From the NCBI GenBank assembly GCA_965208675.1, contig OZ242351.1, positions 3,656,387-3,720,386 of the forward strand: DNA of 64,000 nucleotides, in the 5' to 3' direction. The translations under genes and the position numbers were made by a program. The stretch comes from Candidatus Poribacteria bacterium. GTDB taxonomy: Bacteria > Poribacteria > WGA-4E > PCPOR2b. The notes under the pieces are model-generated. The model searched no databases and had not been told where the DNA came from. It saw nothing but the letters and a program-made list of their open reading frames with translations. Positions 48,635 to 59,198 of this stretch are shown here, in pieces; the stretch's first letter is position 1; each line of letters begins with the position of its first letter.

Positions 48635-49813
48635 ATGGACACGTCCGATTTCAAAAACGATTCACAACAAATTCCCAACCGCCTTCTATTGGGGCCCGGA
48701 CCTAGCAACACGCCGCCGCGCGTCCTTTCAGCTATGAGCCAACCCATGCTCGGATATTTGGATCCTGTGTTTTTAAGTTTGATGGATGAGACCATGGAGT
48801 TGCTCCGCGGCGTGTTTGGCACAGAAAATCAGTTGACGTTCCCAGTGTCAGCAACAGGGAGTGCTGGCATGGAAGCTACCTTGTGCAATCTGATTGAACC
48901 GGGTGATGAAATCATCGTTTGCGTCAACGGTTTTTTTGGCGCACGAATTGCAGATATTGTGAAACGATGCAGGGGAAAACTGCACGTTGTTGAAGGGGAT
49001 TGGGGAAGCATTATTGACCCTGAAGATGTTGAAAACAAGCTAAATGCAGTGAACGCTAAGATTGTGTGCATTGTTCATGCAGAAACGTCCACGGGTGTCT
49101 TACAACCGTTGGGCGATATTTCCGCCATGGCAAAACACAATGATGCTCTCTTACTCGTAGACTGCGTGACTTCATTGGGCGGAGTTCCTGTCAATCTGGA
49201 TGCGTCAGGTATTGATGTAGCTTATAGCTGTACACAAAAATGCCTGGGCGGGCCGCCAGGACTTTCACCGGTAAGCTTTAGCGATCGAGCGGTCGAGATC
49301 ATACACAAACGGAAAACAGAGATACAGAGTTTTTACCTTGATATGCGGCTGATTTCTAACTACTGGGGCAAAGAGCGGATTTACCACCATACCGCACCTA
49401 TTTCCATGAACTACGCCATCAATGAAGCACTGAAACTAGTTGAAGAAGAGGGGCTAACTCAGCGATACCACCGCCATCAATTGCATTCGCAGGCACTAGC
49501 GGCTGGATTGGAATCAATCGGTATTGAGCGGATTGCGCAAGAGGGGTACCGTGCCCCAATGCTGACTTCGGTATCTATCCCCGAAGGTGTAGATGATGCC
49601 GACATCCGTCGCCGGTTGCTGCAAGAATACAATATTGAGATTGGCGGTGGACTCGGCGTTTTCAAAGGAAAAGCGTGGCGAATCGGGCTCATGGGTGAGT
49701 CTTGCCGCAAAGAGAGTGTCATTCGTCTACTCGCCGCACTTGGACACCTATTACCGGGCGTTTCACAGTTGGCAGGTGTTGAAGCGGCCGAAGAAGTTTA
49801 CGCCTCCGAATAA
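48635..49813 (+). CDS. Class V aminotransferase (alanine-glyoxylate/serine-pyruvate aminotransferase type)
   Basis: 392 aa. LLLGPGPSNTPPRVLSAMSQPMLGYLDPVF...TSTG...CTQKCLGG (PLP lysine region). Confidence 0.85.
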   Translation: MDTSDFKNDSQQIPNRLLLGPGPSNTPPRVLSAMSQPMLGYLDPVFLSLMDETMELLRGVFGTENQLTFPVSATGSAGMEATLCNLIEPGDEIIVCVNGFFGARIADIVKRCRGKLHVVEGDWGSIIDPEDVENKLNAVNAKIVCIVHAETSTGVLQPLGDISAMAKHNDALLLVDCVTSLGGVPVNLDASGIDVAYSCTQKCLGGPPGLSPVSFSDRAVEIIHKRKTEIQSFYLDMRLISNYWGKERIYHHTAPISMNYAINEALKLVEEEGLTQRYHRHQLHSQALAAGLESIGIERIAQEGYRAPMLTSVSIPEGVDDADIRRRLLQEYNIEIGGGLGVFKGKAWRIGLMGESCRKESVIRLLAALGHLLPGVSQLAGVEAAEEVYASE

Positions 49814-50054
49814 TTCCGCAAAAATTTCCCTTATGGATTCTTGTGCTACTTACTACTTTCCATTAGGCGCAGCGATCTGCTATCCGCGCCAAGCGTTTAC
49901 ACAAAACGGATAATGTAAGGTGAGCGCGGAAGATTATACAGATTCCAAACGCTCATAAACGACATCCATTGGAGGCGTAACACTCCGTACAATCACTTTG
50001 TCAGACTTAATATGAATCCGTTTGTGACGAAAATTGCGTTTGCCGGCGATATAA

Positions 50055-50654
50055 ATGAACCGGGTACCGATACAACCATTTGAGCGATTTCTTCAACAAC
50101 AGGGTTATCAACGTATTGCGGGGGTCGACGAAGCTGGGCGAGGTGCTTTAGCGGGGCCAGTCGTTGCTTCCGCCGTTGTCCTTCCGTTCAACTGTTCCAT
50201 CCCAGGGCTGACGGATTCAAAACAGTTGACACCCAAGCAACGCGACGATTTGTTTATTGAAATTGAGAAATCAGCGGTGGCTGTCAGTGTCGGCTGCGTA
50301 GGAAATGAAGAAATCGATCGAGTGAATATTCTCCAAGCAACACTGATAGCAATGAGTAAAGCCATCGAACGTATTTCCCCTTTACCCGATTTTGTTCTCG
50401 TTGATGGCACACAACTTCCTCCCATCTCCGTTCGCGCTCACGCCATTCCAAAGGGAGATTGTCTCTACCAATCAATTGCCGCGGCATCTATCATCGCAAA
50501 AGTTAAACGAGACCGCTTCATGATTGAGTTAGGCGAGGTTTATCCACACTACGGATTTCAACGGCACAAAGGATACGGCACAAGGCAGCATCGGCAGGCA
50601 ATTTCTAAAGTTGGGGTGTGTCCAATACATCGGCGTAGTTTTAAACTTCAGTAA
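50055..50654 (+). CDS. rnhB: Ribonuclease HII
   Basis: 199 aa. GVDEAGRGALAGPVVASAVVL...DSKQLTPKQRD...GYGT. Confidence 0.85.
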   Translation: MNRVPIQPFERFLQQQGYQRIAGVDEAGRGALAGPVVASAVVLPFNCSIPGLTDSKQLTPKQRDDLFIEIEKSAVAVSVGCVGNEEIDRVNILQATLIAMSKAIERISPLPDFVLVDGTQLPPISVRAHAIPKGDCLYQSIAAASIIAKVKRDRFMIELGEVYPHYGFQRHKGYGTRQHRQAISKVGVCPIHRRSFKLQ

Positions 50655-50655
50655 C

Positions 50656-51036
50656 ATGAGCAACTCGAACATAAAGATTGGCAAGATTGGCGAAGCGTTT
50701 GCCGTCGATTATCTTAAGGCACAGGACTATTGGATACTTGAGCGGAATTACCGCCTGCGTTTCGGTGAAATTGACCTCATCGCTCGCCAAGGGAGGCGAA
50801 CCGTATTCATTGAAGTCAAGACACGACGAAGTCTCAAGTTTGGCGCACCGCAGACCGCCGTGACGCCAACCAAGCAAAAGCAGATTTCGAAGGTCGCATT
50901 GAGTTACTTGCAAGAACGCAATCTTTTGGATGCCGCTTGCCGATTCGATGTGATTGCAGTATACCTCTCGTTAAAATGCGAGCTTATCGATCTCCAACAC
51001 ATTGAAAATGCATTTGAGTTTCGTGCAAATGCTTGA
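50656..51036 (+). CDS. yraN: YraN-family (UPF0102) endonuclease
   Basis: ATG at 50656 lies 2 nt after the rnhB TAA. GEAFAVDYLKAQDYWILERNYRLRFGEIDLIARQGRRTVFIEVKTRRS. The ORF-track start at 50611 overlaps rnhB and is probably too far upstream. Confidence 0.75.
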   Translation: MSNSNIKIGKIGEAFAVDYLKAQDYWILERNYRLRFGEIDLIARQGRRTVFIEVKTRRSLKFGAPQTAVTPTKQKQISKVALSYLQERNLLDAACRFDVIAVYLSLKCELIDLQHIENAFEFRANA

Positions 51037-51080
51037 TGCTTTGTCATCAACAGCGTGGGTAAAACATAGAAAGGCAGTGG

Positions 51081-51767
51081 TTGATGCAAGCTATTATTTT
51101 ATGCGGAGGACTTTCAACACGGCTTGGTAACATAACAAAAAGGGTACCGAAAATCCTACTGGACATACGCGGGCGGACGGTGCTTGAATGGCAAATTGAA
51201 CTATTGAAGCAAGCGGGCGTGGGTGAAGTCATCCTTGCATCAGGGCACTTGCATGATACACTGGTTAAAGCAGTGGGAGCGAGGTGCAATGGTGTGTCTA
51301 TGCAATACGCCAAAGAGGAAACAAGGTTGGACACGGGCGGCGCAATTAAACATGCAATGCAGTATATTTGCACGTCGCCCTTTTTTGTATTGAATGGCGA
51401 TGTGTTGTTGGAAGATTTTGCTCTATCTGCGATGTTGAACTGCTTTCAACGAGAGACAGTGGGCGTATTACTTGGTGTGTTGGTCGAGGACGTCAGTACT
51501 TACGGCGAGATTGATTCGGACGATCGGAATAGGATTACAGGATTCCGTGAAAAGCAACGGATTCAGCGGTCTGGTTTTATCAACGCAGGCGTGTATCTAT
51601 TCAACCAGTCAATGGCAAAATACTTCCCCAATCAAGACGTGTTTTCTATTGAGAAAGATGTCTTTCCTTACGTGCAAAATCTTTATGTGCATAAAGCGGC
51701 AATCAATTGGATTGATGTCGGCGATCCAAAACGCCTTGCGTACGCCCGCGAGTGCTTTGGTACGTAA
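51081..51767 (+). CDS. Sugar-phosphate nucleotidyltransferase (NTP-transferase domain)
   Basis: 228 aa. MQAIILCGGLSTRLGNITKRVPKILLDIRGRTVLEWQIELLKQAGV. Confidence 0.8.
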   Translation: MMQAIILCGGLSTRLGNITKRVPKILLDIRGRTVLEWQIELLKQAGVGEVILASGHLHDTLVKAVGARCNGVSMQYAKEETRLDTGGAIKHAMQYICTSPFFVLNGDVLLEDFALSAMLNCFQRETVGVLLGVLVEDVSTYGEIDSDDRNRITGFREKQRIQRSGFINAGVYLFNQSMAKYFPNQDVFSIEKDVFPYVQNLYVHKAAINWIDVGDPKRLAYARECFGT

Positions 51768-51915
51768 GCCGTCGCGTTGAATTTAGGTTGACTATTTTTT
51801 GCCCGAAAACACCTACAAAAATGTATTTCAACGGAAAAACCGATTGGTGCAGTTTTTTCGTAAATTCTGATTTAACACGAATTAATTTTGATTTTCAAAC
51901 TTACTGGAGGAATTT

Positions 51916-53703
51916 ATGAATCTCAGACTTTTCGTAGCATTTTCAATGCTTGTATTGTTTGCGTTTTCCCTTAAAGCAGAAGAGACGACAACCTCTATAG
52001 AGCTAGAAGAGATTATCACCGTTGGTACGCGAGTTCCGGAGCGGAGTAGGCTCGATTCACCAGTACCGGTTGATGTCATTAACGAAGACGCAATCCGGAA
52101 GACCGGACATACCGAAGTGGGCCGCGTACTACAGACATTGGCACCGTCATTCAACTTTTCGAGTTCATCAATTAGCGACGGTACTGATGCGCTGCGGCCG
52201 GCGACACTTAGAGGATTGGGCCCCGATCAGGTACTAGTGCTAGTGAACGGAAAACGGCGTCACGGAAGTGCATTAATTCACGTAAACACTTCTGTCGGCC
52301 GTGGTACGGCGGGCGTGGACATGAATGCGATTCCCACTAGTGCCATCAAACGAATCGAGATATTGCGCGATGGTGCGTCGGCGCAGTACGGTTCAGATGC
52401 ACTTGCTGGAGTCATCAACATAGTGCTAAAAAATGACTACGAGGGAGGATTAGGTTACTCTTACGGCTCTACTTACGCCGGCGACGGTGAAACGTTCTCA
52501 CTGAACGCCCATAAAGGGTTTAAATTCGGAAGTGATGGTACTATTCACGGCGCAATTGAATACCGAGACAGACAACCAACTAACCGTGCTGGCTTGTCGG
52601 GGGTGATTCAGTATCCCGGCAGCGAAGTTAAAGAGGGTAGTCCCGTCCAGCTAGTCAATGACGCTGGTAACAAAGAGCATGGCTTTGACCGTCAAAATTT
52701 CCGTATCGGTGATGCGGAATCTCGGCAAGGCGCCTTAGTTTTGAACTTGGACAAGCCGATTGACAGCATTTGGCAAGGCGCCGCCTTCTACAGTTTCCTT
52801 GATTATTCAAATCGACAGAACACCAGCGCAGGATTCTACCGAAGAGCCAATCAACTTGACCGTAACCCGGAAGGATCGGACTATCCCGATGGATTCCTTC
52901 CGTTAATCAACACAAGCGTACTTGATTACTCTATTGGGGTCGGAATCAAGCAGAAGTTCAACAGCGGTCTACTGATGGATGCGAGCGTTGTCACGGGCGG
53001 CAATAGCTTCGCGTTCAACATCAGCAATTCACACAACGCCTCGCTTGTCGCTGCGGACGGTTCTAGCCCATCATCGGCGGACGCAGGCGACCTGCGGTTA
53101 TTCCTCAACACAGTTGACCTCGATTTTTCACTTCCGACCGACTGGGGAAACGTTGCCGTCGGCGGCGGATTTCGGAACGACATCTACCAAATCACGGCAG
53201 GTGAGGAAGTTTCTTACAAGGATTATGACGGTCCCGGCGGCGCCTCAGGCGGAATCCAAGTTTTCCCTGGCTTCCAGCCCTCAAATGAGGTGAATGAACT
53301 GCGTACGGCATTCGCATTCTACACGGATGTAGAGCTAAATCCCATCGAATCGGTGTTCATCAATCCTGCGGGACGGGTTGAGAACTATAGTGACTTTGGC
53401 TCTACCGTCAACGGCAAGCTGGCGTTGCGTTATGAACCGATTGAAGAGTTAGCACTGCGTGGTTCAGCAAGTACGGGATTTCGCGCACCCTCTATGCAGC
53501 AACTGTATTTCAACAACGTAAGCACACAATTCAACACCGTTGACGGCCAGTCTGTCGCCCAAGAAATTGGCACATTCCGAAACGACAGCGATATCGCAAA
53601 AGCTGTCGGAATTCCTGAGTTGACGGAAGAGACCGCGGTGAATGTCAGCAGCGGATTCATCCTTCGTCCACTGCCGCGATTGACGCTTACGGCAGATGTT
53701 TAG
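51916..53703 (+). CDS. TonB-dependent receptor, N-terminal portion (plug and most of barrel), ending at an internal TAG
   Basis: Signal peptide MNLRLFVAFSMLVLFAFSLKA. TonB box-like ELEEIITVGTRV. Plug motifs. Continues in the same frame after the TAG at 53701-53703 (see next feature and findings). Confidence 0.7.
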   Translation: MNLRLFVAFSMLVLFAFSLKAEETTTSIELEEIITVGTRVPERSRLDSPVPVDVINEDAIRKTGHTEVGRVLQTLAPSFNFSSSSISDGTDALRPATLRGLGPDQVLVLVNGKRRHGSALIHVNTSVGRGTAGVDMNAIPTSAIKRIEILRDGASAQYGSDALAGVINIVLKNDYEGGLGYSYGSTYAGDGETFSLNAHKGFKFGSDGTIHGAIEYRDRQPTNRAGLSGVIQYPGSEVKEGSPVQLVNDAGNKEHGFDRQNFRIGDAESRQGALVLNLDKPIDSIWQGAAFYSFLDYSNRQNTSAGFYRRANQLDRNPEGSDYPDGFLPLINTSVLDYSIGVGIKQKFNSGLLMDASVVTGGNSFAFNISNSHNASLVAADGSSPSSADAGDLRLFLNTVDLDFSLPTDWGNVAVGGGFRNDIYQITAGEEVSYKDYDGPGGASGGIQVFPGFQPSNEVNELRTAFAFYTDVELNPIESVFINPAGRVENYSDFGSTVNGKLALRYEPIEELALRGSASTGFRAPSMQQLYFNNVSTQFNTVDGQSVAQEIGTFRNDSDIAKAVGIPELTEETAVNVSSGFILRPLPRLTLTADV

Positions 53704-53742
53704 CGGGCAACCATTAGCGACCGCATCATCATTAGTGGTCGC

Positions 53743-54393
53743 TTGGCGAGCGGCAATGAAGGGATTCCGTCAGAAATTAGAAAGAGTCTCGCCGATTCGG
53801 GCGTTGCAGGCGCGCAATTCTTTATGAACGCAGCCGATACTCAAACACAAGGCGTAGATGTTGTGGCGTCCTATACATACCCGGTATTCGAGCAAGGGCG
53901 ACTCTTACTGAGCTTCGCCGCAAACTATACGGAAACGGAGATTACCGGCGTAAATCTTCCCGCGAATCTCCCTGAATCTCTCTTCACTGAGCAAGACCGC
54001 TCCATCATTGAGACGTGGCAACCGAAAGACAGGGTTTCTATGTCAACCCGATATACGAACGGTTCTCTAGAGGTGGACTACGCAGTCCATCGGTATGGTG
54101 AATACACCGTGATTGATGGCGGTAAGAGCCAAACTTTTACACCGAAGTATCTTACCGACATTCAAGTTAGTTACGGGTTGGGCGAGTACGGCCGAATCAA
54201 AATTGGAGCGAATAACCTGTTCAGCGTCACCCCGGATGAAAACCATATTGGTCAATCGAGAGGCGGGAAAATCGTGGATCCGTGGGGTAACGTAATTGTT
54301 GATTCGCCGGGTGTATTTACCTATTCGCGGCGTTCTGCACCGTTTGGTTTCAACGGCGGGTTGTATTATGTCGGCTGGGAGAATACGTTTTAA
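53743..54393 (+). CDS. TonB-dependent receptor C-terminal portion (same frame as 51916-53703)
   Basis: Same reading frame as the upstream ORF (offset 1827 nt, which is 609 codons), with no further stop between. Ends ...GGLYYVGWENTF with the terminal aromatic residue of TBDR barrels. Confidence 0.65.
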   Translation: MASGNEGIPSEIRKSLADSGVAGAQFFMNAADTQTQGVDVVASYTYPVFEQGRLLLSFAANYTETEITGVNLPANLPESLFTEQDRSIIETWQPKDRVSMSTRYTNGSLEVDYAVHRYGEYTVIDGGKSQTFTPKYLTDIQVSYGLGEYGRIKIGANNLFSVTPDENHIGQSRGGKIVDPWGNVIVDSPGVFTYSRRSAPFGFNGGLYYVGWENTF

Positions 54394-54698
54394 GCGCAAT
54401 CTGTCGTTCGACCCGAATCGTGCAATTCGGTCGAGGCGGGGTAGATCCTGCAGTAACCAACTAGTCTGAAAGAACACGCATTAAGTGTCTGTTTGACGCG
54501 TCTTAATCCACCCTTGAAAAGCTATTTTGTGGCAAAAGTTTTGAAGATTGAATTTTTTTGAGTATCGATTGACCAAAATAATAAACAGCTTTTCCTCCTC
54601 GGTATTGGGACGCAACACTTGAAGTTTTACGTTGCACGCGAACTTGAGGTGCTTCTGCCGACGCATAAGATTTTGGGTGAAACGGATTTGGAGAAAAT

Positions 54699-55517
54699 AT
54701 GCTGGGAGCTATCATTGGCGACATCGCTGGTTCCATGTACGAGAGCAAACGTTACAGGATTAAAAGGAAGAATTTTCCTTTCTTCGGGAATTATTGTCGT
54801 TTCACAGACGACACGGTTTGCACGGTCGCAGTGGCTGATATTCTGCTGCATAACCTCCCACCAGCGCAGACAATGCAGAAGTGGTGCCGACGTTTTCCGA
54901 ACCGTGGCTACGGCGGTAGTTTTAGAGACTGGATATATACAGATCAACCCGAACCCTATAACAGTTACGGAAATGGCGCAGCGATGCGTGTCTCTCCAGC
55001 GGCGTTTACGAACCGTGCAAATTTGAGTGCTGCGCTTTCTGCCTCCGACAAGGTAACGGAGATTACGCACAATCACCCGGAAGGTATGAAAGGCGCACGG
55101 GCAACGACACACGCTATTTGGCTCGCGTATCATGGCGAAGCCCAGGAGCACATCCGCAAAGTTATCGCCACCGAATACGGTTACGAGCTTGCCCAGACGG
55201 TAGACGATATCCGTTCCAATTACCCGCCTGAATATCCCTCGGTATTTACTCCCGGGTTCCCTGGTCCCGTGACCTGCATGGGGTCGGTTCCACAAGCAAT
55301 AACATGTGCGCTGGAGTCAGAGAGCTTTGAAGACGCTGTGCGTAATGCCATCTCCCTCGGCGGTGATTCTGACACGCTTGCTGCCATTGCTGGTTCGATT
55401 GCCGAAGCATTGCACGGAATTCCTGATGAACAAAAACTACTGGTAGAAGAACGATACCTTTTCAACGCCCCAGACATCCTTGAAGTGACACAAGAGATGT
55501 ATCGAACTTCTGATTAG
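54699..55517 (+). CDS. ADP-ribosylglycohydrolase family protein
   Basis: 272 aa. MLGAIIGDIAGSMYE N-terminal motif. ...GGDSDTLAAIAGSIAEALHG C-terminal Mg-site motif. Confidence 0.8.
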   Translation: MLGAIIGDIAGSMYESKRYRIKRKNFPFFGNYCRFTDDTVCTVAVADILLHNLPPAQTMQKWCRRFPNRGYGGSFRDWIYTDQPEPYNSYGNGAAMRVSPAAFTNRANLSAALSASDKVTEITHNHPEGMKGARATTHAIWLAYHGEAQEHIRKVIATEYGYELAQTVDDIRSNYPPEYPSVFTPGFPGPVTCMGSVPQAITCALESESFEDAVRNAISLGGDSDTLAAIAGSIAEALHGIPDEQKLLVEERYLFNAPDILEVTQEMYRTSD

Positions 55518-55630
55518 CGAATCTTCCAAGATTCGTCCGTGTATTGCTCTTTAATGAAATTCATCTGCTCGGGTTATCGATCGCTAGTTCACTTCGGTGA
55601 GCGTAATTTATCGCAATGTATTGAATCGGG

Positions 55631-56371
55631 TTGCTCAGAGCAAGGAGGCACAATAGGCAAAAGGCCATGGATCTCCAAGAAGCCAAAATACAATTAGACG
55701 ATGAAGGCTTTTGCGTGTTGGAACACCAGATAGATGCGCACGAAGCCGATTACCTAAACAGGCGAGTGTGCAACCTGATGGAGTCTACTCTAGGTCAAGG
55801 TACGTATCTTAGCTTGGAGGGTTCATTGGACCTCATTCCGGAACTTGCGCCGCTTTGCATCCATCCCTCAATTCTTGAATTGGCGGAAGCGGCGCTAGGG
55901 GAAAATTTTATCCTTGCAAATAATGTCGCTATGAAGTTGTGCAAACCCGGGGCGGGATTGGGAGGATTACACGTGGATTGGCCGTTACCTAGTATACCGA
56001 AACCTTGGCCTATTTCGCCCACAGGATTGGCGGTGTTCTGGATGCTCACGGACTTTACAGCGAAGAACGGTGCGACTGCGGTAATTCCGTTTAGCCATCA
56101 TACGCGGCGCGATCCTACATCCAACCGTACATATCAACATGAAGTACCTGTCGTCGGGAAAAAGGGGTCGGTGTTAGTTTTTGTCAACGGAATTTGGCAT
56201 CGCAGCGGCGCAAACACTACGCAGAATGAAAATCGAATGGCAGCCAGCGTCTTTTACGTACCTTCTTTTATCTACCGGCCCAGAGATGGCTGGCCGATTA
56301 TGAAGCGCGATATCTACGATAAATTCCCGCGGCGATTGCAAGAACTATTGGCGAGATCGGTTGAAGAATAA
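55631..56371 (+). CDS. Phytanoyl-CoA dioxygenase (PhyH) family Fe(II)/2OG oxygenase, copy 1
   Basis: GLHVDWP...FWMLTDFTAKNGATAVIPFSHH...WHRSGANTT. True start is probably the Met at 55667 (MDLQEAKIQLDDEGFCVLEH). Confidence 0.75.
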   Translation: MLRARRHNRQKAMDLQEAKIQLDDEGFCVLEHQIDAHEADYLNRRVCNLMESTLGQGTYLSLEGSLDLIPELAPLCIHPSILELAEAALGENFILANNVAMKLCKPGAGLGGLHVDWPLPSIPKPWPISPTGLAVFWMLTDFTAKNGATAVIPFSHHTRRDPTSNRTYQHEVPVVGKKGSVLVFVNGIWHRSGANTTQNENRMAASVFYVPSFIYRPRDGWPIMKRDIYDKFPRRLQELLARSVEE

Positions 56372-57128
56372 ACGGCGTTTGGAAGATTTTGAATTTCGCG
56401 GAGAGCAGAAGAGGATGGAGCTGAAAGAAGCCAAGAGGCAGTTGGACGAGCAAGGTTATTGCATATTGGAAGATTTGCTAGATCCCGATGAAGCCGGTCA
56501 TCTTGATGCACAGGCGCGCGCCTTCATGGAGCATCAGAACGAGCATATCTGGGGTACGAATGGATATCTCAGTCTGGAAGGAGCGTTGAATCCCATTCCG
56601 GAGTTGGCTCCGCTGTGCACACACCCCACGATTCTTGAATTGGTGGAGATGGTACTCGGCGATAATTTTATCCTTGCGAACAACGTAGCGATGAAGTGGT
56701 GTAAACCCGGTGCAAAAGCTGGGGGACTCCATTCTGCTTGGGCGGCAAGGGAGAGATCTCATACGTTTGTGGATTATTCGATAGATCTCCAAGTCTTCTG
56801 GATGCTTACGGATTTTACGGCAGAAAATGGAGCTACAATGGTTGTGCCTTTTAGCCACCATTCGCGCCGTTCCCCGTCACAAGAACGCTATCCTCAGGAA
56901 ATTCCCGTCGTTGGGAAAAAAGGCTCGGTGTTCGCATTCTACGACACACTCTGGCATCGCAGCGGCGCCAACACTAGTTATGACCAGCATCGCATGGCTG
57001 CCAACATCCTTTATCTCCCTTGGTATATATATATCCATACGGGACAATGGCCGCCGGTGAAACGTGAGCTCTACAATCAATTTTCGCCCCGCTTGCAGGA
57101 GCTGCTTGCACGGTCGGTTGAACCATGA
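56361..57128 (+). CDS. PhyH-family Fe(II)/2OG oxygenase, copy 2 (tandem paralogue)
   Basis: GLHSAWA...FWMLTDFTAENGATMVVPFSHH...WHRSGANTS. Shares blocks with copy 1 (aligned by eye). Probable start is the Met at 56415 (MELKEAKRQLDEQGYCILED). Confidence 0.75.
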   Translation: MKNKRRLEDFEFRGEQKRMELKEAKRQLDEQGYCILEDLLDPDEAGHLDAQARAFMEHQNEHIWGTNGYLSLEGALNPIPELAPLCTHPTILELVEMVLGDNFILANNVAMKWCKPGAKAGGLHSAWAARERSHTFVDYSIDLQVFWMLTDFTAENGATMVVPFSHHSRRSPSQERYPQEIPVVGKKGSVFAFYDTLWHRSGANTSYDQHRMAANILYLPWYIYIHTGQWPPVKRELYNQFSPRLQELLARSVEP

Positions 57129-57350
57129 TGGCGGAGGTTTAGTCATCAGTTCTCCGATGATTTGATGCTGCGTTACACCTTTTCCGTCGTCCCTCACACT
57201 CACCAAAACCGTGCAGCCTATTTCTGCCCCCGTTTCTTTGATGATTGAATGAAATCACATTCAATTGACGTAATAGTAAACTTTGCAATTTGCAGTGCGT
57301 TATGCTACCGGTTTGGCTAACGAGACGAGCAAAAAGTACCTTAAAAGCAG

Positions 57351-59198
57351 GTGCCTTGGCGGTTGGAGGACATTGTGAACACTGACGAGACTGGCGGGTT
57401 ACCGTCGTGGGATTTTTCGGACCTTTATTCAGGCATAGAAGCCTCGGAGCTAGAAGAAGACTTGACGTCGATGACCGCTCAAGCGGCGGCGTTTGAACAA
57501 GAATACAAAGGGCGAATTGCCCGATCTGATGTAACCGCTGATTTACTCCAATCGGCGTTGGCAGCCTATGAAAAACTACTGCAGGCACAGTACAAGCCAA
57601 GTGCATTTGCTAACCTGGTGTTTTCGACAGATACTGCAGATAGCCGCCGCGGTGCACTACTACAGCGAACACGGGAGATTGGTTCAGCTGCGGCAAAGCA
57701 TTTGATTTTCTTCGATCTCGAAATTGGAAACATCCCGCAGGACACTTTCGAGGACATCATCAGTCAACCGCAGCTCGAACCATACCGTCATTATCTCCAA
57801 CACCAACGTGAACTTGCAAAACACAACTTAAGCGAGGCGGAGGAAGGGATTTTAGAGGAAACCGCCAATACACGCGGCCGAGCATTCGAACGGTTATTCA
57901 CCGAGATAACATCACGTCAAACTTTCTGCCTTGGTGAAGAAAAACTGACCCAAAGCGAGCTGCTTGCACGCTTCCACGACCCCGACCGTGAAACGCGTAA
58001 GGCTGCCTCGACCGCCTTAACACATGAGCTCAAAGAGGGCGCCCACATACTGACATTTATATTTAATACGCTGCTTCACGAAAAGCAGATAATCGACCGT
58101 TTGCGCGGTTTTTCGACTGCAGAAGCAGCACGTCACCTCGACAATGAGGTAGACGAGGCGGTAGTCAATATGGTTGTGGACGTGTGCGCGGACAATTATG
58201 GAACCGTCGCCGACTATTATCACCTCAAGCGAGAGTTGCTGGGTCTGGATGAGTTGGCCCACTACGATCGATATGCCCCTATAACCAGTAAGCGCACTAA
58301 GTTCTCATTCGAGGAAGCCAAAGACATCGTGCTCGACGCTTTTGGACGTTTCTCGCCGAAACTCACCGCGATTACCGAACCGTTTTTCAGCAGACGTTGG
58401 ATTGATGCCACTCTGCGAACAGGTAAACAGGGCGGCGCATATTGTGCCGCTATCACTCCAGATTTACATCCATATATTCTCATGAATTACACCGGTGAAC
58501 CACGTGACGTGATGACGTTAGCGCACGAATTGGGGCACGGTGTTCACGATGTCCTTGCCAGCGAACAGAGCTTGCTTAACTACTACCCTGTCCTACCGCT
58601 GGCAGAGACAGCGAGTACCTTCGGTGAAATGCTGGTGTTCGACGCGCTTCAAGCTAAACTGTCTTCGCCGCATGAGCGGCTGGCTCTATTGTGCGGGAAG
58701 GTTGAAGACACTTTTGCGACCGTGTTTCGTCAAATTGCTATGTACCGCTTCGAGCGAGAAGCTCATCGCCTGCGGCGTGAACAGGGTGAGCAGCCTACCG
58801 AAGCCTACTGTGAACTCTGGCAGCGGACGATGCAGGAAATGTTCGGCGACTCACTGACGTTGGGCGAAGAACACCGGTGGTGGTGGCTTTACATCCCGCA
58901 CATTAACCAAAGTCCGTTTTACGTCTATGCCTATGCTTTCGGCGAGTTGCTGGTGCTGTCACTCTATGCGAAGTATCAACACGAGGGCGAAGCATTTGTG
59001 CCTGCCTACTTTGAATTGTTGCGAGCTGGTGGTTCTGCGCCGCCTGCAAAATTAATCGCTGACATGGGTATTGACATCACATCTTCTGGCTTTTGGCAGG
59101 GGGGATGCAATTTGGTTCTCGAAAAAGTCGAACAAGCGAAGGAACTGGCAAAGACTATTGGCGAGAAAAATAGCAGGTATTGGGGCGAGAAACAGTGA
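57351..59198 (+). CDS. M3-family oligoendopeptidase (PepF-like)
   Basis: 615 aa. Zinc site TLAHELGHGVHDVLA followed by downstream glutamate in ...AETASTFGEML. Confidence 0.8.
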   Translation: MPWRLEDIVNTDETGGLPSWDFSDLYSGIEASELEEDLTSMTAQAAAFEQEYKGRIARSDVTADLLQSALAAYEKLLQAQYKPSAFANLVFSTDTADSRRGALLQRTREIGSAAAKHLIFFDLEIGNIPQDTFEDIISQPQLEPYRHYLQHQRELAKHNLSEAEEGILEETANTRGRAFERLFTEITSRQTFCLGEEKLTQSELLARFHDPDRETRKAASTALTHELKEGAHILTFIFNTLLHEKQIIDRLRGFSTAEAARHLDNEVDEAVVNMVVDVCADNYGTVADYYHLKRELLGLDELAHYDRYAPITSKRTKFSFEEAKDIVLDAFGRFSPKLTAITEPFFSRRWIDATLRTGKQGGAYCAAITPDLHPYILMNYTGEPRDVMTLAHELGHGVHDVLASEQSLLNYYPVLPLAETASTFGEMLVFDALQAKLSSPHERLALLCGKVEDTFATVFRQIAMYRFEREAHRLRREQGEQPTEAYCELWQRTMQEMFGDSLTLGEEHRWWWLYIPHINQSPFYVYAYAFGELLVLSLYAKYQHEGEAFVPAYFELLRAGGSAPPAKLIADMGIDITSSGFWQGGCNLVLEKVEQAKELAKTIGEKNSRYWGEKQ

